A stretch of 32,000 nucleotides of DNA from Methylorubrum extorquens (GTDB lineage: Bacteria > Pseudomonadota > Alphaproteobacteria > Rhizobiales > Beijerinckiaceae), in assembly GCA_900234795.1 (NCBI GenBank), contig LT962688.1:3210001-3242000 (forward strand). Reading direction: 5' to 3'. Position numbers and translations under genes: made by a program. The number at the start of each line of letters is the position of its first letter. The first letter of the stretch is position 1. Below, piece after piece: positions 10,501 through 19,500 of the stretch. Under the pieces are notes generated by a model that saw nothing but the letters and a program-made list of their open reading frames with translations, did not search any database and was not told the origin of the DNA.

Positions 10501-13500
10501 CCGCGCCGTACCGAGGACGGCGTTGGTGGCGATGATGCCGCCGAGCGCGAGGCTCGTCGGCTGGCTCTTCGTGCCGAGGGTCCGGTCCGTGGACGGGTCG
10601 GCCGGCGTGGTCGGAGCCGGGGCGGTGACGTCGGTCGTCGGCTTGTAGGAGGCGGCTGATTTGACGGAGGCGGCGCTGTCGGCGGTCGCCTTGATCGTGG
10701 CGGTCTCGCTCGCCTGAACCGTGACCGTGCCACCCGCTGTGGTGGTGACGCCGGTGATGCGCGCGACGGCGTCCGCGTGGACGCTGTTGAGCACGACGAG
10801 GCCACCGATCGCCAGCGAGGCGGAAGGCTGCGCCGCGACCGTGCCGAGTTTGGACGCGTTGTTGGCCGACGGGTCGCCCGTGGGAGCCACCGTCTCGGTC
10901 GAAGACGTGGCCGGGGCGGGCGTCGTGGTACCTGTCCCCGTGCCCGTGCCTGTCCCTGCGCCGGTGGTCGGCAGCTTCACGCCATCCGGGATGAAGTTGG
11001 ACTCGAGCGCGCGCTTCCAGAGGAGCTTGTCGGTGTAGTCGGTGGCCGCGAGATCGATCTTCGCGTTGCCGCCCATGTAGATGAAGATGTCGCCGGCCTT
11101 ATAGGCGCCGGACTTGTCGGCGATCAGCGTCCACAGCTTGTCGTTTTTGAAATCCGGATCGAGCGAGTTGATCCCGTCCAGGGTAGCGGCGCCGATATAC
11201 TTGTAGATCTTCTTGGTGAGATCCTCGATGGTCTCGCCGGTCTTGACCGTGATCTCACCCTGCCCGGCCTTGTAGGTCGGCTTGGCGTAGCCGTCCGCGA
11301 TCCGCACACGCGTGCCGAAGGTGACGTCCTGCGCATTCGCGGTCTTCGAAAGTTCGCCGTAGGCCGAGAGGTCGATGGCGCCGATGCTGTCGGTGCTGAG
11401 GCCGAACGGCTTCAGGAAGCTGTTGAGGCCGTCCTTCAGCTCCACGATCTTAGCCGCAGTCTCGATGACTGCGCGATCGACAGCGACTTGCAGACGGATC
11501 AACTGGCCGACGCTCTTCTCGGCCAGATCGGTGCTGTTGCGCAGCGCGGCCTCGTCGAGATAGCCGAAGCGCGCCGCCTCGGCGGCGACCTTCAGCGCCT
11601 CGAGCCGCGCCTCGTCGACGGCAGCCGTGTCGAGCGAGGGCGTCTTCATGGCATCGGCGAGCGCGCCGGCCGCCTTCCCGATCCGTGTCTTGAGATCGGT
11701 CTCATCGTCGCTCGGGATCTTGGTGGTATCAATCGCCTTGAGCTGATCGACCAGGGTCTGGTTGACCTTGTCCAGATACTCCTGGGTGACTTTGCCGATC
11801 CTGAGTTCGAGCAGCTTGGTCTCGACCTGCTTGAGCAGCGTTGCGGGGCCGGCCTGAAGCTCCTCGACGAGCCCCTTCACGCGGGTGATCTGTGCGGTGA
11901 CCTTCTCCTCGAAGGCCAGCAATTCGGCCGGCGCCCAATCGGCGCGGTTCTTGATGATGTTCGACTGAATCGTCGCCGACTGAACTTCGTTCGGGTTGGT
12001 CGAGAAGTCGGACGGCAGGTACTTGTTGAGCTTGGACTGGTTGGTGACGGCGCCGCCGTCGCTCTTCGTGACGGTCGAACTCGTCACGATCTGAACGTTC
12101 GAGGTAATGCCGGCCGCATCCGTCGCCGTGACGGCCAGGGCTCCGCCGGCCGTAATGTCACGGGTCACGCCGGTATTGTCGATGAGGGCGAAGGCGCTGC
12201 CGCTCACCTTGTTCGAGGCAAGAACGACACCGAAGCCGGTGCCGCCCGAACCGCTCGCGAGGTCGGCCGTGGAGGTCGCGGCATTGCTGACGGTCGCGTT
12301 GATCTTGGCCGCCGACGTCGCCGTGACGATGAGGTCGCCGCCAGCCTTCGCCGAGGATTGGACGATCGTCGCCTTGGCGCCCGTGCCGATTTCGCCGCCG
12401 AAGGCCTTCGAGATGGCCGACTGCCCGATCAGCGTGTCGATGGTGTTGAAGAGCAGGTTCTGGGTCTCGTAACCCACCGAGTTGAAGGCGAGCGTCACCG
12501 CGCCGGAGACGCCCTCGCCGCCCGACGTGGTCGATGACGCCCGGATGCGCGCATCGACGCCGGATTCGTTCTCGGCGCTGACTTCGAGATTGGCGGTCGT
12601 GGATTCCACCGTCGAACGCAGGACGCTGGCATCGGCGCCGCTGCGCACGACGTTGGTCGCCGCGATGCCGTTGGCCGCGATGAGCGTGCCGCCACCGGCG
12701 CCGCCGCTGGTGCCGGCCGTGCCGGTCTTCGACTGGAAGGAGGTGCCGCCGGACGATGTGACGGTGCTGAGGAGGGTGGCCGAGATGTCGGCGGCATCCG
12801 CGGCATGGACCGTCAGGTCGAGAGCGGAGGTGACCGTGGCATCGGTGATGCGGGCGCCCGCGCCGCCGGTGACCTCGTTGAACACGATCAAGCCGCCGAA
12901 GGCCTTGGACGACGAGCCGGGCGTGCGGGCGGTCGGGGTCGGATCCGTCGAGCCCGCGGCGGGCGCCGGGGCCGCTGGCGGGTTGGCCACCGTGTCGAGC
13001 TTCGGCATGACCGTCTTAGCCGCCGCGGGAAGCCAGTTCGCGCTGGTGTAATCCTCGCCGTGGAGCGTGACCTTCGTGTTGTCCGCCCCGCGCCAGATGT
13101 AGATCGTGCCCGGCTCGCCCTTCGAGAGGGTGTCGGTCTTCGAGAGCAGGACGCCCTGGCCGGCCATCATGTACTGGAAGCCGCCGTTCGACGTGTAGCG
13201 CGCCTTCTGGCGCGTGATCGTCGTGGTGCCTTCCGCGGTCTTGATGGTGGTCGTGTCTTTGTCCAGCGTGTCGCCGGCCGTGGTGCCGGGCGTCGTGCCG
13301 GCCGCCGTCGGCTTGGTGGACACGATGGCCCCGTCATCGACCGCGAACCAACGGGCGGCGTTGGTGTAATCCTCGGTCGCGAGGTTGACCGAGGCGTCGG
13401 ACGCAGCGACGAAGATGAACACCCGGCCCTTCAGCGCGGGCTCTTCGGTCCGCTTGGCGTCGGTGTTCGAGCTCGATCCGGCCGGAGTGGTGAAATCGGC

Positions 13501-16500
13501 AGCCAGCCGTACGCGGTCACCGACCTTCAGCGCCTTGGTGCCGGATTTCGAGGTGTAATCGTAGATGTTGAGGGCGGTGGCGACCGCCTTCTTGGCCAGT
13601 TCGGCGACACTGCCGGAAACCGACGACGCACCGATCATCGTGCTGGTCGATTCGATGCCGGCTTGGTTCTTGGCCGAAACGGTCACGGCGCCATCGGTCG
13701 AGGCGACGGTGGCGGCGGTCTGAGCCGGGGCCTGAGCGGCGACGGTTTCCGCGCCGATGAACGCCTCGGCGCGGGCGCTGACCTTGTTCAGGGCGAGCAC
13801 CGCGCCCGCGGAAATTCCGCGCGCGCCGGTTTCCGCCTTGTGGACGGTTTCTTCGGAATCCGCCTGCTCGGCCTTGTTGCCGGCCTCGGCCGTGATCTTG
13901 GCCTGGCTGTCGGCGGTGACGGAGACGTCGCGCTTGGCCGTGACGGTGGAGCCGGTGATGTAGGCCTTGGCGCCGGCCGGGTTTTCCCCGTTGGTGGCGG
14001 TGGCGATGAGCGGATCGCCGACGATCGCGTCGACGGCGTTGAAGAGCGGGTTCTGCTGCCGGAAGCCGACCGTGTTGAAGGCGAGCGTGAAGCCGACCGC
14101 CGTCGTTTCGCCGGCAACGGACCCGGCCGCACTCGCCTCGATCGTCGATGTATTCTCGGCGGAGACGCTCACGCCTCCGTCTTCACTGGTGACGGTGCTG
14201 TCCTTGATGAAGGCGAGCGCACCGTTCTGCACGTTGTTGGAGACGAGCACGCCGTTGGCGGCCGAACCGCCCTCGGCCTCGACCTCGCTCTCGTCGGTGG
14301 CGTTGATGGACGCCTCCGACTTTGCCGTGATGCTAACGTCGCCGGTAGCCTGAACGGTGGTGTTGACGATCGAGGCCTTGGCCTGACCCGACACGTCATT
14401 GCGGGCGAAGATGCCGCCCAAAGCGGTCGCCGAGGATTTCGCCGCCGTGATCTTGCCGGTCGGAGCGGCCGAGCCGCCGGTCGCACCCGGCACGACGTTG
14501 GTGGCGTCGAGCTTCTTCCAGAGCGCGAAGTCGGCAAAGTCCCGCGCCGTGTTGCCGAGATCCTCGGCGGCGGTGAAGTCCGCGCCCATGTACTGGTACA
14601 CGGCGCCCTTCTCGCCCTTGCCGGCCCAGCTGTCGCTGAGGCGGATCTTCTCGCCGAACTTGACCTGCCGGCTGCCGGACGCGGTGGTGTAGGTGTAATC
14701 GCCGAGGAGCGCCGCGGCGTTCTTGCCGAGGCCGCTGACCGAGCCGGTCTTCTCGGCCGAAGCCGAGGCCGCCACGGCGGTCTCCGCCTCGATGCCGACC
14801 GTATCGGTGGCGGACACCGTGACATCCGTGCCCGAGACGGTCTTGCTCCGGGCATCGATCACCGCCTCGGCGGCGCCGCTGACGCGGTTCATCGCAACGA
14901 GACCGGAGACCGCCAGGGAGTTGACGCTCGCGGCCTTGGTCGCGGCGGTGACCGCGTTGCTCAGGGTCGAGGCGATCGTGCCGGATGACTCGGCCGTCGC
15001 GCTGACCGCACCCGTGGCCGTGACCCGCGTGTTGGTGATGCGCGCACTCGCCTGCGCCGTCGCCGGGTTGCCGAGATTGGTTCCGACCAGGGCGTTGAGG
15101 GTGTCGAATCCGAGATTGCTGCTCTCGTAGCCGATCGCATTGAAGGCGAGCTGGATGCCGCCCGCCCGTGCCGAGGTGGTCGGCGCAGTCGTTTGCCCCG
15201 ATCCCGTCGTCGGCGTGGTGGTGCCCGTCGTCGGCGTCGTGGTACCGCCGGTCGAGCCGCCGGCGGCGGGATCGGCCGCGGCGTCTTCCGTGCCGGCGGG
15301 GCCGCTCGACAGGGCGGTGATCTGCGCCTGGACTTCGGCCTCGATCGAGCCGGTCGTCTTCGCTTCGACCGCGACCGCGCCGTCCTTGCCGGTGGTCGTG
15401 ACCTCGGCATCGGTGATGGAGGCGTCGGCCACCGACTGGATGGTGTTGGTCGCGATCACCGCGTTGATCGCGAGCGCACTCGAATTCGACGTGCTGGACT
15501 TGTCGAAGGCCGAGGTCTGCCCCGGAACCGTGCTCGCCGTCCCGCTCCCGGCCGTGCCTTCCGCCGTCTCGCCGGTCTGTTCCCGGATCGTGGCGATCGC
15601 CTCGACGGTGGCATCCGCCTTGGACGTGATCGTCGCGCCGCGCTCGGCGGAGACCACGACGCTGCCGGCATTCACCGTCGTCGTGGCGGAGGAGCTGCTG
15701 ATCGCGGCACTCACGCCGCCCTTGATCTCGTTGCGCACGATGATGCCGCCGGCCGAGGTGCCGCCGGATCCGGTCGTCTTGGCCGGCGCGGCCTCGGTCT
15801 CGCTGACCCGGCGCCAGAGATCCCGATCCGTGAACTTGACCGTCTTGAGGTCGAGCTTGTTCGCAGCGGTCCGATCCGCGCCCATATAGGCGTAAACGTC
15901 GCCCTTAGCGCCGATCAGTTCCCAGCTCGGGCCGGTGAAGTTCTCTTTCGACAGGTCGATCGAAGTCGACGTCGCCGGTGCGGTCGGCGTCTTGATGTAG
16001 CGGTAATAGGAGCCGACCTCGCCGCTGCCGGCCGGATGGCCGGGGCTCACGAGGACGATGTCGCCCGTCTTGACCGCCTTCAGGGTCGGAGCCTTGCCCG
16101 GCGTCGTGCCGCCCTGGGCCTGCTTCGTCGTCGAGGGAAGGTTGGACTTGATCGCGTCGAGGGTGCTGACGGTCTTGATCGCCTGCTCACCGAGCAGCGT
16201 CGAGAAATCGACGGCCACGCGCTGGCCGAGGGTGATCGCCACCGGCTGGCTTTCGCTCAGCTTGTAGTCGGACTTGATCTGCGGCTGCTTCGTCGGCAGG
16301 CCGCCATCGCTGGCCGCCTGGCTCGACGCCACGAGCTTCACGTTGGCGTTGATCGTCGAGAGGTCCGTCGCGCGGACGCCGAGTTCACCCCCGCTCGTGA
16401 TGGTCGCGCCGCTGATCACCTCGGCGGTGGCCGAACGGTTCATGCGGTTGGTCGCGATCAGACCGCCGATGCTGCGCGAGCCCGCGCTCGTCACCGCGCC

Positions 16501-19500
16501 GGGCTCGCTGCTCAAGGTCGCCTTGCCGAGGAAGGTCCGGGCCTTGTTGATCGCCGTGCGCGTCGCCTGCGTCTTCGCTTCGTCGAGACGCGTCTGTTCC
16601 GGGGTCGAAACGGTCACGGTGTTGCTGACCGTGGCGTTCACCGTGCCGGCACTGATCGCCTTCACCCCGACGCCGCCGGCCGTGGCCGTGGCGGTCGCTG
16701 CCTCGATCCGGGCACGGGTCGCCTGGGCGGCGGCAAAGGTGAAGAACCCGCTGCCGAGAATGGCGTCGATGGCCATCCCGACGACCTTGTCGGCCAGCTT
16801 ATCGCTGCCGGTCAGGCCGTCCGGCCGGTAGCCGACGATGTTGAAGGCCGCTGCACCGCCAATGGCCGTACCGCCGGACTTGCTCTCACCCGCGACCGAG
16901 GTCTGCACCCGCGAATCGATATTGGTCACGTCGGACGCGTTGACGGAGATGTCGCCGGTCGCGGCGCTCACGCTTCCGCCCTGGACGGTCGCCGTGGTGC
17001 TGCCGAGGACGATGTTGACGGCGTAGGAGCCGGCCACGCCGAACTTGCTCGCCGCGACGACGGCCTTCGCGTTGGTGGTCAGATCGAGGGCGTTCTGTGC
17101 GGTCAGCGCGACGCCCTGCGCGCCCGTGACGACCGAATTCGTGACGGTCGCCGTGATGTCGCGCTCGACCGTGTTGACGGCGGAGCTGCGGGCAATCCCG
17201 ATCTGCTCGCGCTTCGCCTCCTCGGCGTCGCTCTCCTCCTCGAGGGTGTCGGTCCGGATCGGCTCGACGATGGCCTGCGCCTTGGTCGCATCCATCGCGA
17301 CGACGGAGACAGCGCCGCCGGTCGCGGTCAGGCGCGCTGTCTCGACGACGGCCTTGGTGGAGCCGGTCAGCAGGTTGCGGGCCTGGACGGCGCGCGACTC
17401 GATCGTGGTGTCGTTGGTGGCCGCGACAGCGAGGGACGCGGCGGTGACGGACACGCCGCGCACGGCGACCCGCACGGTGTCGTTCACGTTGATCTGGGCC
17501 GCACCCGCCTTCATCGGTGCGGGCAGCGAATTGTCGGTCTCGCCGTCGCCCGCGACGAGGCCCGTCTCCGGGTTGGCCGGATCGGTCGCATCGGTGGCGG
17601 CGCGGATGCGCACGGCCAGGGTGCCGGCGTTGGCGGCATGGATCCCGGCAACGCCCTCCGCCGAAACGAGGGCGATATCGCCCGCGGCGGGCGCGCCAGC
17701 GGGAAGGCTTCCCGCGGCCGGCACGCCGAGATCGACGCTCGTGAGGCGCGTGACGGTCTGCGTGCCGCTCAGGCCGAACAGGTTGAGGATGTTGATGGCG
17801 GCAGCGGCTTTCGCGGCCGCGCTCGCCGCGCCGTCCAGCGCCGGGTCATCGAACTGGAACCCCGGCACCGATGCGGCATCCCGTGCGACGAGCGTGATCG
17901 TCGAGTCGGTCTTGTCGTCGGCCGAGATCTGAAGCGCGAGGGCAGGATCGCTGCCGGCAAGGGTGCCGGCGCCGGTCTGCTTGATCCTCGGGTCGGTGCT
18001 CACCGCACTCAGAGCGACCGTCACCTGGGTCGTGTTGTTGATCGTCGTTTCGGCCGATTTGATCAGGGCCTTGGCGGCCAGTTCGGCGGGCGTGAAGATG
18101 TCGCTGAAGCTGCCTTCGCCCTTGATCGCGCTCTTGACCTTGTCGAAGGTGCCGGCCGCGGCGTCGGTCACCGTCAGGAGGCCGGGCAGAACGAGCCCGA
18201 TGGCCTTCACATCGACCTTGGCCACCGTGTTGGCGGCGATCTTCACGGTCCCGCCGTTCACCGCCCCCTTGGCGCCGACGGTGATCGTCGAGCTGTTGGT
18301 CTGCTTCGGCGCGACGCTCTTGAGCTGCGACGTCAGGGTCGAGGTCAGCGTGACGGCGTTGTTGACGTCCGTGGTCAGGACGGCATCGCCCGTCCCCGCA
18401 TCAACCGTACCGGCGAGGGTGATTCCGGCAAGCCCGTTGGCGGTGACGCTGATGGTCGAGGTGTCGGCCGGCGCAATATCGGCGATGGCGATGTCGCTGC
18501 GGACGGCGACCCTCACGCCGGTTCCGCGGATGACGGCCCCGTCGTTGACGGTGACGGCCATCTGCGCCGTCGCGCTGCCGGAACGATCGAATCCGGATGT
18601 GGTGAGGACGGGCGTCACGGTCGCGTCGGCCGCGATGGTGACTTGGCCGCTGGCGGACAGCGTCTTGCCCGATGCGACGCTCAGGGTGTTGGCACCCTCG
18701 CCGCCCTTGAAGACGATGCCGAGATCACCCGCCAGCGCGCTCAGGTTGGCCGATACGGCGATGCTGTCATTGCCCGCCCCGCCATCGAAGGTGACGGCGA
18801 GATTTCCGGATGTGGCAGAGAGATCGGTGTCGAAGACGATTCTATCCGCGCCCGCGCCGCCGCTGACCGTGAAGGAGGGTGCCGGCGGCAGGCTGGCCAG
18901 GTGGAGCGTGTCATCGCCGCTGCCCAGGATCACGCCGAGGCTCGTCATCGGCGCGGTAAAGGCGAGGCTGCCGAAGGTCGCCGCCGAGGAGCCGCTGGTC
19001 CTGGCCAGGGTGTAGCTGCTTCCGCCGCCGGACAGCGTCGCATCGATGCTTCCCGCCACGACCGACGAGATGTCGAGCTGCAGGCTCTTCTTGCCGCCGC
19101 CGAACGTTCCGCTGAGGCTGCCGTTCGCGCCGATCGTCAGCTTGTCGTCGGCCGAAGCCGCACCGACGAGGTTGGCGACGTTCGAGAAGCTACCCGCGAA
19201 CTTGCCGGATGCGATCTCGCCGGCATTGGCGCCCGTCAGCTTGAACTCCGCGCCCGATTGCGCGGACCCGGTCGGCGTGTTCAGGAGGGCAAGGGTGTTG
19301 TCGAGATTGTTGCCGGGACTGGTCGGATCGGTGAAGGCGAGAATCGGCTTCTGAGTGGCGCCGAGAAGCTTGAAGGAGTCGGCATCGACCGTAATGGTCT
19401 CTTTGCCGCCCGACCCTTGAAGTGTGTAAGCTTGGTTTGAATTGGCATCGATGATGCCGAACGTGTGGAGCGGGTTCGTGCCCTGTGTCCCGTTCGTGTA

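Noticed and set aside
114-19440. Many long plus-strand ORFs across the giant gene (for example 114..1646, 2688..3893, 6552..7532, 10777..12537, 12805..14988 and 15193..19440 at 1415 aa), plus short minus-strand ORFs in other frames
   Set aside because: They are antisense or out-of-frame shadows of the giant minus-strand gene. Their translations are Arg/Gly/Asp/Pro/Ala low-complexity text typical of wrong frames in high-GC DNA. The minus-strand frame gives coherent repeated protein motifs.
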